Of a DNA stretch of 64,000 nt, positions 34,846-45,700 are shown piece by piece; the stretch's first letter is position 1, and the number at the start of each line of letters is the position of its first letter. The position numbers and the translations under genes were made by a program. The stretch comes from a virus (Duplodnaviria; Heunggongvirae; Uroviricota; Caudoviricetes). The stretch is from positions 64,001 through 128,000 of IMG/VR virus record IMGVR_UViG_3300010396_000003; one strand, 5' to 3'. The notes under the pieces were generated by a model that saw nothing but the letters and a program-made list of their open reading frames with translations, was not told where the DNA came from and ran no database searches.

Positions 34846-35229
34846 ATGAATCTCAAAACGGTCGCTGAATTTTTGGATAAGTGCTATCCGGATCAAAAAG
34901 CGAAGATTGCCATCGATCCAGCCAATTCTCAAATGGGGCAAACGGAAATTAGTCTTGGTGATTTAGTGCGAACCGCCGACGACTATCCTTCGGAAAACCT
35001 GAAAACAGATAACACGACTTACTTTCTTAATAGCATCTATCATGAACTGAATGCCGGCAATAAACCGGTTACGGTAGTTTGGGCGTCTCCGACTAACGGC
35101 ACAATTTGGATGGATGTCCCGACTGGCGGACCTGGTTCGGAGGACGCCTGTTTTCGCATTCTCGAATTTATGGTTGAAAACAGGAATAAAACTCTGCGGA
35201 TACCAATGGATAACTCGCAAAAACCATGA
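34846..35229 (+). CDS. Hypothetical protein
   Basis: ORF track; first gene of the plus-strand block. Confidence 0.7.
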   Translation: MNLKTVAEFLDKCYPDQKAKIAIDPANSQMGQTEISLGDLVRTADDYPSENLKTDNTTYFLNSIYHELNAGNKPVTVVWASPTNGTIWMDVPTGGPGSEDACFRILEFMVENRNKTLRIPMDNSQKP

Positions 35230-35606
35230 GAAACGTAAAATCATTTGTAATCAAGCGTACAAAATGGCTCCGAGGCGAAAAGAACAGCACACTCCATCGC
35301 ACATGTGATGGCAAAGAGTGCTGTTTGGGAATTTATTTACGCGCGTGCGGATTTTCCATAGCCGACATTCAGGAACACTTAACGCCACAGGGTGTCGCTA
35401 AAAAAAGCAAAGTACCAGCTTGGCTCATAGACGGCAACTCATGTGGTCTTCGCTCGTCGCGAAATGCAGGAAAACTAATGGACATTAACGACGAAATTAA
35501 TCCTGAGTTATATTCGGCGGTTGAGCACGCGGATTTTGAGCGTAAACGCGAATTTGAAATCCGCACTATCTTCGCCAAGCACAACGTGAAAGTGACTTTC
35601 GTATGA
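35226..35606 (+). CDS. Hypothetical protein
   Basis: ORF track; ATGA coupling. Confidence 0.75.
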   Translation: MRNVKSFVIKRTKWLRGEKNSTLHRTCDGKECCLGIYLRACGFSIADIQEHLTPQGVAKKSKVPAWLIDGNSCGLRSSRNAGKLMDINDEINPELYSAVEHADFERKREFEIRTIFAKHNVKVTFV

Positions 35607-35627
35607 AGAAGTATTTTGAGGTGAAAA

Positions 35628-36224
35628 ATGACTCCCGGTGAATTACAAGCGTCCATTTTGATTCTCATGTTGCTGGTCTGTTGCCTTGGGGCAGCTATCA
35701 TCACGCTCTGTAGGTGGGCTTATTCTCTATCGGAACAGTTCAAGGAAATAAAACAAGCAATCGACATGCGTGGTCCGACGATCGATTCAATGTTAAGCGG
35801 GATCACAACAGTATTTAAGGCTGAGTTTTCTGCTGTCACAATGAAACTCGCGCAGGTTGCGAAATCGTCTGAAGATAACGATGTTATGCGCGAGGCCAGG
35901 ATCCTGGCTGCTATCCAAATGCTGGATGACAGAACGGCGGCTATCGCGAAATCGGACGATCAAGAATTTATATCCATCAAAAGAGAAATTGAAAGTAAAG
36001 CGGTAACCATCCTAAATGAACAAATCGCTCATCGCACGGCAATTGAAAAGTCAATTGTAGCCGGCACGCAACTTCTCCAAGAGTATTTTGAGCCTAGCGT
36101 GCAAACATCGGTTTGCGAGGATTGTGGCGGCTCCGGACAGATCACGAAAGAAATAGACCCTCCACTGGTTCGAGCGGTACGCGATTCTATCCGCGGAAAA
36201 CTGGAGCCAAAAAAGAAATCATGA
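35628..36224 (+). CDS. Membrane-anchored coiled-coil protein
   Basis: N-terminal TM segment; CEDCGGSG near the C-terminus. Confidence 0.75.
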   Translation: MTPGELQASILILMLLVCCLGAAIITLCRWAYSLSEQFKEIKQAIDMRGPTIDSMLSGITTVFKAEFSAVTMKLAQVAKSSEDNDVMREARILAAIQMLDDRTAAIAKSDDQEFISIKREIESKAVTILNEQIAHRTAIEKSIVAGTQLLQEYFEPSVQTSVCEDCGGSGQITKEIDPPLVRAVRDSIRGKLEPKKKS

Positions 36225-36388
36225 AAAATATAACGGTTGGCGATATCGTCTGTTTAAGGAGCGGCGGCCCGTTAATGACGGTATCTTCTGTTTCTCCGGA
36301 TTATGTAAAAACAGTTTGGTTCGGTGCCGATAATATTGAGCACAGTGGAGTATTTCCAATTGCAACACTCGAAAGGAAAAACAAATGA
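36221..36388 (+). CDS. DUF2158/YodC-like protein
   Basis: VGDIVCLRSGGPLMTV...VWF...GVFP. Confidence 0.8.
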   Translation: MKNITVGDIVCLRSGGPLMTVSSVSPDYVKTVWFGADNIEHSGVFPIATLERKNK

Positions 36389-36876
36389 ACACAGCACTTC
36401 TTTGGCAGATCGTAAATCGGCTGGAACGAGATCCGGAACGCTTTGATATTACCGCCAGCATTTACGTGGAACCCCGCGGGTTCTTTCAACGGTTATCCGG
36501 GGCGTCATGTAAAACCGTGTGCTGTATTGCCGGCGAATGTTATCTGGCGTTAAGCGCCGATGCTCAAGATGACATCGAACTTTACGACAATTTCCGTCAT
36601 GACGAAGACCGGAGTATGCCGTTCTTAAATATCTTTCACTTCGCCAGACATCAATTCGGACTAACGAACGAACAAGCCCAACGGCTTTTCTTCTTAAAAT
36701 ACTGGCCGACAAAATTCAGGGAGATGTATTTGCGCACAGCGGACGGCCGCGAGCGAGTTTATGTGTTACGCCAAGCGGTCGAAGATTTCATTCTGACAAA
36801 TGGCTGGGAACCGATTGATGACAGGGAAATCACCGTCAAGATCGAGCGCGGCCAAGTTGTCACAAATATCCAATAG
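36385..36876 (+). CDS. Hypothetical protein
   Basis: ORF track; coupled. Confidence 0.75.
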   Translation: MNTALLWQIVNRLERDPERFDITASIYVEPRGFFQRLSGASCKTVCCIAGECYLALSADAQDDIELYDNFRHDEDRSMPFLNIFHFARHQFGLTNEQAQRLFFLKYWPTKFREMYLRTADGRERVYVLRQAVEDFILTNGWEPIDDREITVKIERGQVVTNIQ

Positions 36877-36890
36877 AAACAGAATAGCGT

Positions 36891-37367
36891 ATGAGCCATC
36901 AATTCGAAGCAAACGGAAACAGGCCGGCTGATCATCCTTACAACCGATGTAAAAAGTGTGGACTGCATCCAACCCAAACCGAAGACTATCCCGAATGTTT
37001 AGCAGACCAAACAACAAAAATTCCAAAAGATAAATGCGGGACTCCTATCACTACCGGAGCATTTATTTCCTATGGGCACGCGCTAGGACGCTGCGCGGGA
37101 TTGCGTATCGGCAAGGTACTAAATATCAAATGGGAACGTAAAGGCTACTCCGGCGATTCCAACTGGAAGATTACCGTGTGGGGCGTCGATGATGATTGGA
37201 GCGCTCAAAAAGTAAAATTGTGCCAAACACGAGGCACGTTGCAATTTCCGGAACGCATTATTGTATTGCCGCCTTCAATGGTTCCCGAGAAATTCAAAAA
37301 GCTGCTTGAACCGGTAACACTAGAAACAAAAAAAAACAACCGAGTCGCTGGTGATGACGTTTCCTGA
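36891..37367 (+). CDS. Hypothetical protein
   Basis: ORF track. Confidence 0.7.
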   Translation: MSHQFEANGNRPADHPYNRCKKCGLHPTQTEDYPECLADQTTKIPKDKCGTPITTGAFISYGHALGRCAGLRIGKVLNIKWERKGYSGDSNWKITVWGVDDDWSAQKVKLCQTRGTLQFPERIIVLPPSMVPEKFKKLLEPVTLETKKNNRVAGDDVS

Positions 37368-38034
37368 AGAACGCGCGGCAATTACGGAAATCCTCGAGCG
37401 GACCGGTAATTCGGTGTGTCTTGTCGATTTAGGCGCGCACCTGGGCGAAGATACGGCCTGGATGCTTGAAGTATTAAAGGACCATAAAGACGTACAAGCC
37501 GTAATGATTGAAGCGGACAGGCTTAATTTTAATTTACTTGTGCAAGAGTATTTTCCGAATGTCTCCGACGAAGAACGACAGCAAACGTGCTTGATATCCA
37601 GGTCTATAATTGCGGGACATTTCGCAATCGCAGATCGTAATGGAAGTTGCGATTTTTATTCTTGCACAGCCAGCGGTGGAGGGTTCGGTTCGGTTTATCG
37701 GCCAATTCCGGATAAAATTGCCGTATCTGTAGACGATTTTAGATTGGTTCGCAACATCCCCTGCATAAAACTTGATACACTATTCGACTTATGTGTCCTT
37801 GAATCTATCGACCTATTGTGGGTCGATATCCACGGCGCAGAAAAGGATATGATCGCGCACGGACAAAAGGCACTATCTCGAACCAAATACATGATGATCG
37901 AAGCTGTGGCGGAATCGATGTACGAAGGCGCCGCAATGAAAAGCGAGTTGATTGAGATGTTGCCAGGGTGGACGGTGTTGAAAGAATTTCCATGGAACCT
38001 ATTGCTGAAAAACAATTCATTCGCTTGTTTGTAA
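37351..38034 (+). CDS. FkbM-family SAM methyltransferase
   Basis: VDLGAHLG, IEAD, KLDTL, IDLLWVDIHGAEKDMI, MMIE. Confidence 0.9.
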   Translation: MMTFPEERAAITEILERTGNSVCLVDLGAHLGEDTAWMLEVLKDHKDVQAVMIEADRLNFNLLVQEYFPNVSDEERQQTCLISRSIIAGHFAIADRNGSCDFYSCTASGGGFGSVYRPIPDKIAVSVDDFRLVRNIPCIKLDTLFDLCVLESIDLLWVDIHGAEKDMIAHGQKALSRTKYMMIEAVAESMYEGAAMKSELIEMLPGWTVLKEFPWNLLLKNNSFACL

Positions 38035-38459
38035 GCCAACAGATTTTTGCGAAGTTACAAGAGCAAGTAATCAAAAAAAAATACGATCCATCATTCCCGA
38101 AGCTCGATGGCATTCCGATAACAATTAATCCATGGTTCGGGCCGGATGATTGGTTTGGCGAAGATATTGACGGGAAACTTTGGAGGATTGAATATGCCCC
38201 GAGGTGTCAATAAGGAAGCAGCAAAACCTACTGTCTTCAAACTAAAACTGAAATTAATGCCACGTGGTCGTAAAGTTTCATTCCAAATTGCTAAAGACAC
38301 GCTTTCACTTGTTGGATGCGATTTTAAATATCAGGATCGCCGACCGCTTCAATCTGAATTAGATGCAGCGTACAATTACGCGATACGCGAGCACTTAGCT
38401 GCATCGGATAATCCGGTAAAACGCGTCAAGATGCCGGATTGCGTGGAAAGAGTAAGCAC

Positions 38460-39032
38460 ATGGTTCCAGTAAAAAAAGTCATTTTCCTCGATATCGATGG
38501 CGTAATGGTGACGCGCTCCAGCGTCCGGCGACGCGATGTGATTAATGGTCAGTATCATTCCTCCGCCGATCCTCGGTGCGTAAAAAATCTGAACTGGTTA
38601 ATCGATAAAACCAAGGCGAAAATTGTTATTTCCAGCGCGTGGCGATACATTGGGCTCCAAGAAATGCGGATCATTCTGCAATTTTGGGGAGTAGACGCGG
38701 ACGTTATCGACGTCACACCGCGGAGCCATGAACTAACACAGAAGCGTTACAACTCCAAGGAATGGAAGGCGATTACAGATCCAAAACGCGGCGATGAAAT
38801 TGCCTGGTGGATATCAAGAAACCAGCCAGAAGCGTTTGTGATCATAGACGACGACGCCGATATGTGTAGTCTCCTGCCATATCTTGTTCAAACAAAATTC
38901 AAGTTCGGTCTAACGAAAGAACGGGCCGAAGCGGCTGTAAAAATACTGACAGGCGATGCGGCAAGATGTGTAAACTGCGGCGGTATTGATCACTGCCAGC
39001 CGGGATGTCAAGCGGGAGATCCTTATCCATGA
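38460..39032 (+). CDS. HAD-family phosphatase (Swiss Army Knife RNA-repair-like type)
   Basis: IFLDIDGVM, IVISSAWR, RGDEI..W, FVIIDDDADM, LVQT..GLT. Confidence 0.85.
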   Translation: MVPVKKVIFLDIDGVMVTRSSVRRRDVINGQYHSSADPRCVKNLNWLIDKTKAKIVISSAWRYIGLQEMRIILQFWGVDADVIDVTPRSHELTQKRYNSKEWKAITDPKRGDEIAWWISRNQPEAFVIIDDDADMCSLLPYLVQTKFKFGLTKERAEAAVKILTGDAARCVNCGGIDHCQPGCQAGDPYP

Positions 39033-39331
39033 TTTCACGTCGTTCTTTTTTGCACAACATGATTGGCGGCGTCGCTGCGGCGGCCGCGGTTCGTCAATTT
39101 CCGTTTCGAGTTTATAGCTTTCCTTCGGAAATAAAACTAATCAAACCGGAATTTCCATCTTTGGCAAGTGGTGGTCTTATTGAAGCCAATGCGGAGTGGA
39201 CCTGGTTGGGTCGCGTTATCAATACTTCCTTTATGATTGATAAAAAATACTTTCAAGGCGGGCCGGCAAATCTCTATCTCAAATTGGATTCGGATGGACG
39301 ATTAAACATAAAGAAAATGTTTCGCTCGTAA
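39029..39331 (+). CDS. Small protein with twin-arginine-like N-terminus
   Basis: MISRRSFLHNMIGGVAAAAAV. Confidence 0.6.
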   Translation: MISRRSFLHNMIGGVAAAAAVRQFPFRVYSFPSEIKLIKPEFPSLASGGLIEANAEWTWLGRVINTSFMIDKKYFQGGPANLYLKLDSDGRLNIKKMFRS

Positions 39332-39494
39332 TGCCTGTAAATACACAAATGAGCTACGATATCCACTGTCCGGATTGCGGCGAATTTCGAGACGCCAAGA
39401 ACGCGGCCAAAGGCTGTCCGCGCTGTGGGAATAAGCAGGCATTCTCGATGTATCATCGTTACGACATTGATAAGCGTTTCAATACCGAGAGGCA

Positions 39495-39950
39495 ATGGGG
39501 CAAAGAAGGCTGGTCACCCAAATGAAACTTGATCCGTTCATCTTTCAGCGCGAAATGCAAAAAATCGTTAATCAGATGGCGAGCGCGCCGGACCGTGAAC
39601 ATTTTACGCGTTGGTATAAAGCAAAGCACAACGGTAAGTGGAGGTTGTTCGATATTTTTATCTACGAACTCGATATATCGACCGGCGAATGTCTGTTTAA
39701 CAACGACGAACCGTTACTGGATCCCGTGGCGCCAATCGGCGAATATGGCTTTTATCGGCATGCAATCTACGCCATAGGTTCCGGAGTTAACGAGCGACAC
39801 ATGGAATTTTTCGCGGAATGTCTGAAAATTACTAAGCAAATTGAACTGAAAGAAATTAATCACATCATCGACACAAAAACCGTGCGCGATCAATTCGAAT
39901 TTATGCGGGATGTTTTCCCGATGTTTATGGTCGGCCAGGAGTTGTTATGA
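39495..39950 (+). CDS. Hypothetical protein
   Basis: ORF track; likely start MKLDPF. Confidence 0.65.
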   Translation: MGQRRLVTQMKLDPFIFQREMQKIVNQMASAPDREHFTRWYKAKHNGKWRLFDIFIYELDISTGECLFNNDEPLLDPVAPIGEYGFYRHAIYAIGSGVNERHMEFFAECLKITKQIELKEINHIIDTKTVRDQFEFMRDVFPMFMVGQELL

Positions 39951-40013
39951 AAGAATGGTGTCTGATACATCCAGTCATGACGTTTCTTTTGGTTCTCGCC
40001 GTAGTCTTTACGA

Positions 40014-40454
40014 TTGACAACGCTCTCGCAAATTATTTCAAGGGAAAGAAATGAGAGCCTTAAGCTGGCTCTATATTGGGTGTGCCTTCGTAGTGGCGTT
40101 TATGGGCGATCCGAGAGCCATAATTCCATTCGCAATTGGTGTTTGTTGGGTGTGGTTAGATTGGAGAAATCAATGACAGCCAAAGAAATGAAACTCGCGG
40201 CTTATTTCTTACGCTTAGCGGCAGAATCGTATTCCAATCATACTTGCAACGATATTGATTCCGAAGCGATACTCGCGGCAAATTTTACCGAGTTAGAAGA
40301 CCGTAAATTCGGCGTTAAAGTAGCAGAAAGCCTCGGTTATACGAAGTATGCCGATAGAGTCGAATGGGCAAACCGTGGACTTGCCGGCTTACAGGATTGC
40401 GAGGCGATGGAATTTCTCGCGGAAATGTTGGAGCAACATGCCGAGGGGCTTTAA
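40014..40454 (+). CDS. Hypothetical protein
   Basis: ORF track; likely start MTAKEMK. Confidence 0.55.
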   Translation: MTTLSQIISRERNESLKLALYWVCLRSGVYGRSESHNSIRNWCLLGVVRLEKSMTAKEMKLAAYFLRLAAESYSNHTCNDIDSEAILAANFTELEDRKFGVKVAESLGYTKYADRVEWANRGLAGLQDCEAMEFLAEMLEQHAEGL

Positions 40455-40782
40455 ATCGTGTCCGGCCGAGACCAAAGAGAAGCGCGCTAATAAAGAATTT
40501 GTCGACCGAAGATCACAGGTTGTGCGCGACAGTATCGGCATACGGCACGTTCTACTTCATGGTAAGGATAAATCGGCACAACGTAAAAAAATTTTTGAGC
40601 ACTACCATCATCGCTGTTGCGTGTGTCGAGCGTATTGCCCGGAGAAAGATGGTGAATGGCATCACGCGCATCGATGCGATTGTATCGAATGTAGCGAAAT
40701 TAGGTGCAGTCAGTGGAAATCCAATTGTCATCATCACAGAACAATAGGATTCCAGAGGTTAGCCAATGAGGAAGTGCAATAA
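40348..40782 (+). CDS. HNH-like nuclease
   Basis: RCCVC...EWHH...C..CHH. Confidence 0.5.
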   Translation: MPIESNGQTVDLPAYRIARRWNFSRKCWSNMPRGFKSCPAETKEKRANKEFVDRRSQVVRDSIGIRHVLLHGKDKSAQRKKIFEHYHHRCCVCRAYCPEKDGEWHHAHRCDCIECSEIRCSQWKSNCHHHRTIGFQRLANEEVQ

Positions 40783-41266
40783 GCATGGCACGATAAGAAC
40801 CGGTGATGGGCGTTGCTTTTGGTGTGCAGTTGAATCGGGAGAGATAGAACCTCCCCCTGAATTAAACGCTCCCACAAAAACAGCACAAAGCGAACAATGG
40901 AAGATCGAATGCCTGAAATACTTCGGCCGCGTGCTAACCGGCGAGCTCGCACACTGGTGTGATAGTTGGGACGGTATGCCGATCGATGAAACCGTCGATG
41001 AGATTCAATCCTGCAATTGTTCCGATATCGACAAGTCCAATATACCTCCGCCCGCACCAAAGAAATTAGATTTAGTGGACGCCGAAGGGAATAGTTTAAG
41101 CGAACAGATTACAGTCACACACGATGGCGAAGCATTTGATGAATCTGGATCACTGATAAAAATGTCCAGCACAAAACTGGGAACCTATATTCGAACAAAA
41201 CTTAACGGATCCAATGAACTGATTGAACTCCAAGGCGGCCAGGCTGTTGTTGTTTCAAAATGGTGA
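40766..41266 (+). CDS. Hypothetical protein
   Basis: ORF track. Confidence 0.7.
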   Translation: MRKCNKHGTIRTGDGRCFWCAVESGEIEPPPELNAPTKTAQSEQWKIECLKYFGRVLTGELAHWCDSWDGMPIDETVDEIQSCNCSDIDKSNIPPPAPKKLDLVDAEGNSLSEQITVTHDGEAFDESGSLIKMSSTKLGTYIRTKLNGSNELIELQGGQAVVVSKW

Positions 41267-41679
41267 AAAGATGATCTATGCCGTTCCGATAGCCTTTTTC
41301 GTTGCGGGAATAATTTTTCTTGGCTGGAATGCCTGGATGCAAAGCAAGAAAAGATGATTTGATTAAAATGAGGTTCCGTACTACACTTTCGGCTTCCAAA
41401 TGTCCAACGGAAAGGGTGTTGGAACTGTTCCGCGCGCTCGCTTGGATTGCTGCCCAGGTATTTACTGCGTCCAGCAGAAGGGATGTTGGAACCGAACAGC
41501 GCAAAAAGGCACAATTGATTTGTGGTGCCGTTAATAATTTCGAAGAAATGCGCGAAGCTCTCAAGAAAGCCAAAGCAATAACCTTCGGGGAATTACAGGA
41601 AGGTGATGAGGGCTACAATGAAGCAGTGCACCTGATTTGTTGCGCTCTAAATAATGCATCAAAAGTCGAGCTATAAGAA

Positions 41680-41856
41680 ATGCCTGGCTATCGTAGGGTG
41701 TACGATCTTTGCCGTTTAACGGAGCGCGAGAAAACCGCGCTTACATTGCGCAGGTCTGGAAATACAGTTAGGCAGATTGCCGAAATCATGAATTTAACGG
41801 AAGCAAAGGTTTATGCGGCGCTTCATCGTGCCGTAGAAAAGGAGAGAGCAAGATGA
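41680..41856 (+). CDS. Small LuxR/sigma-region-4-type HTH protein
   Basis: Hand translation: LTEREKTALTLRRSGNTVRQIAEIMNLTEAKVYAALHRA. Confidence 0.75.
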   Translation: MPGYRRVYDLCRLTEREKTALTLRRSGNTVRQIAEIMNLTEAKVYAALHRAVEKERAR

Positions 41857-42068
41857 AAGTAAGAGCTCTACAATCGTCAGATGAAATAGCCGCAGAAATA
41901 AACTATATGTCTGATCCAAACAATCTGCCATTTGGCGTTCCGAACGCGCAATCGTCCATTTGGTTGTATACCGCACTCTGTTCGCTTCAATCTGCATATC
42001 AAACGGCAAAGTTGCGCGAGGCGCTGGCCGGCGAGACCAAGGAACCTGAGCGTAAAGGAAAGTCTTGA
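41853..42068 (+). CDS. Hypothetical protein
   Basis: ORF track; ATGA coupling. Confidence 0.65.
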   Translation: MKVRALQSSDEIAAEINYMSDPNNLPFGVPNAQSSIWLYTALCSLQSAYQTAKLREALAGETKEPERKGKS

Positions 42069-42144
42069 ACCTTACTGATTTAGCGCCACTTGACGTGCAG
42101 AACCAAGTCCAACAAAGGAAATGTTGGAACAAAGGTAAGTTAAA

Positions 42145-42552
42145 ATGCGTATCCAGTTGGGAATGGATTTTGCCGAAGCGGTTTGTGCCATGGCGGAAGG
42201 AAACGTAGGCGCCGTATCGGCGATGATAGAATTGGTGAAGGCGCGGCCGATTGTGGATCCCATGAGCGGTTGCCAGGGCATTCTCGCACTGTGTGAGCTT
42301 GATGACCTTGGATTTTATGGTCCAGCTATCTGGATTTTTTTTAAGGATATCTGCGACCAGGATACCAAAAAGATGATTACGCTTCTGCGAGCAGATCAAT
42401 TAGGTTTTTTACCGAAAGATTCTTTGAGGGTCGAAGTTTTGAATAGGGCAAATGGCATTATACGTCGCAATGTTGAGCAGCCATTTAATTTTAATCAATT
42501 ATTAGAGGCGGTCCAGGCTGAAATTCCGAGATTTGCAACGGATATTCAATGA
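42145..42552 (+). CDS. Hypothetical phage protein
   Basis: MAEGNVGA...LDDLGFYGPAIW..FKDIC. Confidence 0.75.
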   Translation: MRIQLGMDFAEAVCAMAEGNVGAVSAMIELVKARPIVDPMSGCQGILALCELDDLGFYGPAIWIFFKDICDQDTKKMITLLRADQLGFLPKDSLRVEVLNRANGIIRRNVEQPFNFNQLLEAVQAEIPRFATDIQ

Positions 42553-42774
42553 TCGATACCCGCATACTATGTATTGTATTGGGAGAGAAATTACGGCCAC
42601 ACAAGGCTGTGCGCGGACATTATGACGGCAAACCGCGGCGAAGTTGTATCTATTGCGGACAGTGGCTGGATAAAGTCGAAGGTGTCTCCGCTTGGTGGGG
42701 ATGGTTAGAAATTCCGTTAGCCTCCTGAACTAAGAACTTCCATCGGTGCGTGGTTGTGTATATAGCTCTATGTT

Positions 42775-45700
42775 ATGCGCAACCGACTCTTGTTTTTTCT
42801 CTTAGCAATACTCTTCTTAGTGCCGAAGCCGAGCCGTGCAGCGACGCCGGCCACTGTAGTCTCGAGCACTTGCTTCCAAGATGCTCAGGGCAACTGTCTT
42901 GCAAATGGTACATTAACACTGGCCTTAACGCGTCCCGCGCAAATTACGAGTGGCGGACAGGTTGCGCCGATCGTCGTCCAGATTCAGCTTGATTCTAGTG
43001 GTTTGATTCCGGTCGGAACGCAAATTTGGGCAAACTCAAGCCTAAATCCTTCCGGAACTGGATATGCGGTAACCCTTTCCAGTTCCAGCGGTTTAATCGT
43101 GTCTCGTCCTGGGTATTGGGTAATTCAAGGCACCTCACCGATCGATTTAGCGCAGGAACAGCCAGTCAATCCGTTTGTAAGTTTTCCGAATGTTCCAACG
43201 ATCGTTGGTTCTATTACGCCCGGAGATTGCGCAGCGTTTCAAACTGCGACCACGATCTACGATCCGGGGACTGGCGCTTGTGGCAGCGGCGGCGGAGGCG
43301 GATCAACAACTTTTGACAAAGTTGGCAGCGGAACAAATAGCACGGCAACGATGATTTGTGCTACCGGCTGCGCTATTGGTTCTGCTGGTGGAATTATTAA
43401 CGCCACAAAAATTAACAATGTGACTGTTACCGGCACTCCAACTCTAGGACAAATTCCAATTGCCTCCGACAGCACGAATGCTGCTTGGGGTGATCCGATC
43501 GTAAGTGGTCATGACGCAAACGGTTCGGCACCAACTGCAAATCCCGTTCTGACCGCCGGTTGGGATGGCACCTTGGTTCGCACCATAAAAACAGATACGA
43601 GTGGTGACGTGGAGGTAGTATTCCCATCAACTCCAACTGTTACCATTGGAAATTCGTCGATTGCGGTGACAGGCACGTTTTGGCAAGCAACACAGCCGGT
43701 TTCAGTCGCAGCCACGGTTAATACGAATTTAGCTCAGGTTGGTGGAGCTGGTATTGCCCTGGGACAAACAACAATGACTGGATCCATTCCAGTTGTTATT
43801 GCTTCCAACCAGTCAAATCTTCCCGTAAGCGTTCAGAACGCCTCGATTGCGGTTACCGGAACTTTCTGGCAGGCAACGCAACCAGTTTCGATTGCAGCGA
43901 CGTTGAACACTACAGATGCGGCAAATGGCAGCGTGACCGGTGGTGCCGCGGGCTCAAAGTCTGAGTTAATCGGGGGTCAGTTTAATTCTGCCTTGCCGTC
44001 ACTTACGAACGGTCAACAAGCGGCCGTTCAAGTCGATTCATCCGGTCGCTTACTAATAAATTGCTCTGCTGGTTGCGGAGGAGGTTCTGGTGGAACCTCG
44101 ATGGCAGATGAGGGAGCGTTTACGCCCGGAACCACTTCAATAACTCCAATTGGCGGTATCTATTCGACCGGATCAATCAATCTTGTCAGTGGTCAGGCTG
44201 GTATTCTTCGCCTAACCATCGATCGTCGCGTTATGACTGATTTGGATGAGGTTGGTGGATCTCCCATCGTTCTCGGTCAGACAACGATGGCGTCATCCAT
44301 CCCTGTCACCATTGCTTCAAACCAATCGAATCTCAATGTGGTGGTTGCATCAGCTCTACCGGCGGGCAGCAATACGATTGGCGCAGTAACGCAAGCATCT
44401 GGACCATGGACTCAGAATATAACTCAGGTTGCTGGAAGCGCGCTTGGTGCTCCTTCAAATTATGGGACATCCCCGGGTGCGGTCTCTGTAATTGGCGTAA
44501 ACGCCTTCATAACGAACACGCCGGCAGTTTCACAGTCTGGATCGTGGACCGTAACAGCAAACGCTGGGACCGGCACATTTGGTGTTAAAGATGTAGCGGA
44601 TATGACAGGAACTACGCCTGCCACTGCTCCAGCAAATACTCAGATTGTTGGAGAGATTTACAATACCGCGGCGCCAACACCAACAAACGGTCAGACATTG
44701 CCGTTGCAGTCAGATTCGGCCGGTAGGTTGATCGTGTCTTGCGGAAGTGGCTGTGGCGGATCAGGCGGAACAAGTATTGCCGATCTGGGATCGTTCACTC
44801 AGGGCACAACTTCCATAACACCAATTGGTGGAATTTACACAACCTCGGTGACAAACCTAACGAGTGGGCAGGCGGGTGCGCTGCGTCTAACCAATGACCG
44901 TAATTTAATGGCCGATCTCAATGAGGTTGGCGGAAGCGCATTTACGCTTGGACAAAACACATCTGCAAATTCACTGTCCGTTGTAATTGCCTCCGATTAT
45001 TCAGTAACGGATACGGTTGGATCTACCGTGGCCTTGAACGGCTTAAACGTTTCCGCAACTGTTGCGCTCAATAATAACCAAGGCACAGGATTCTTCCTGG
45101 CAAGCGGTACTCTCGCGGCAACGCTGACGCCAGAAGTTTCTTACGATGGCGGTACAACGTGGAGTGCCACGCAATTTCTAAATTCGGCGACGGGTGCCGT
45201 AACATCAACGCTCGTTGTAACAAATCCAAACTCCGCAACAGTTCTATCGATTCTGATACCCGGTGGAGTAAGTAATGCGCGTGTGCGCGTGTCTTCATTC
45301 ACTTCCGGAACAGCGAATGGCACATTACGAGCAACATTAAATCAATCACAAGAAGCTGAAATTGTGGGATCACTTCCAACAGGCTCCAATACAATTGGCG
45401 CTGTCACACAAGCGTCTGGTCCGTGGAGCCAAAATATTACACAGGTTGGCGGTTCGGCATTGGCACTCGGTCAAACGACAATGTCCGCATCGATCCCCGT
45501 TGTATTGGCTTCGAATCAATCTAATGTGAACGTCGCTGTAGCGGCCGCGCTGCCGGCTGGTGGAAATACGATTGGCGCGGTAAACCAGGGAACAACTCCA
45601 TGGGTTGTTAAAGATAATGCCGACATGACCGGTACAACACCTGGAACAGCACCAAGCAATACTTTAATTGTCGGTCAAATTTATAATAGCGCTGCACCCA

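Noticed and set aside
41420-41470. tRNA-like fragment suggested by a shadow ORF (LGSNPSER)
   Set aside because: No acceptor stem or CCA; lies opposite a plausible plus-strand CDS.
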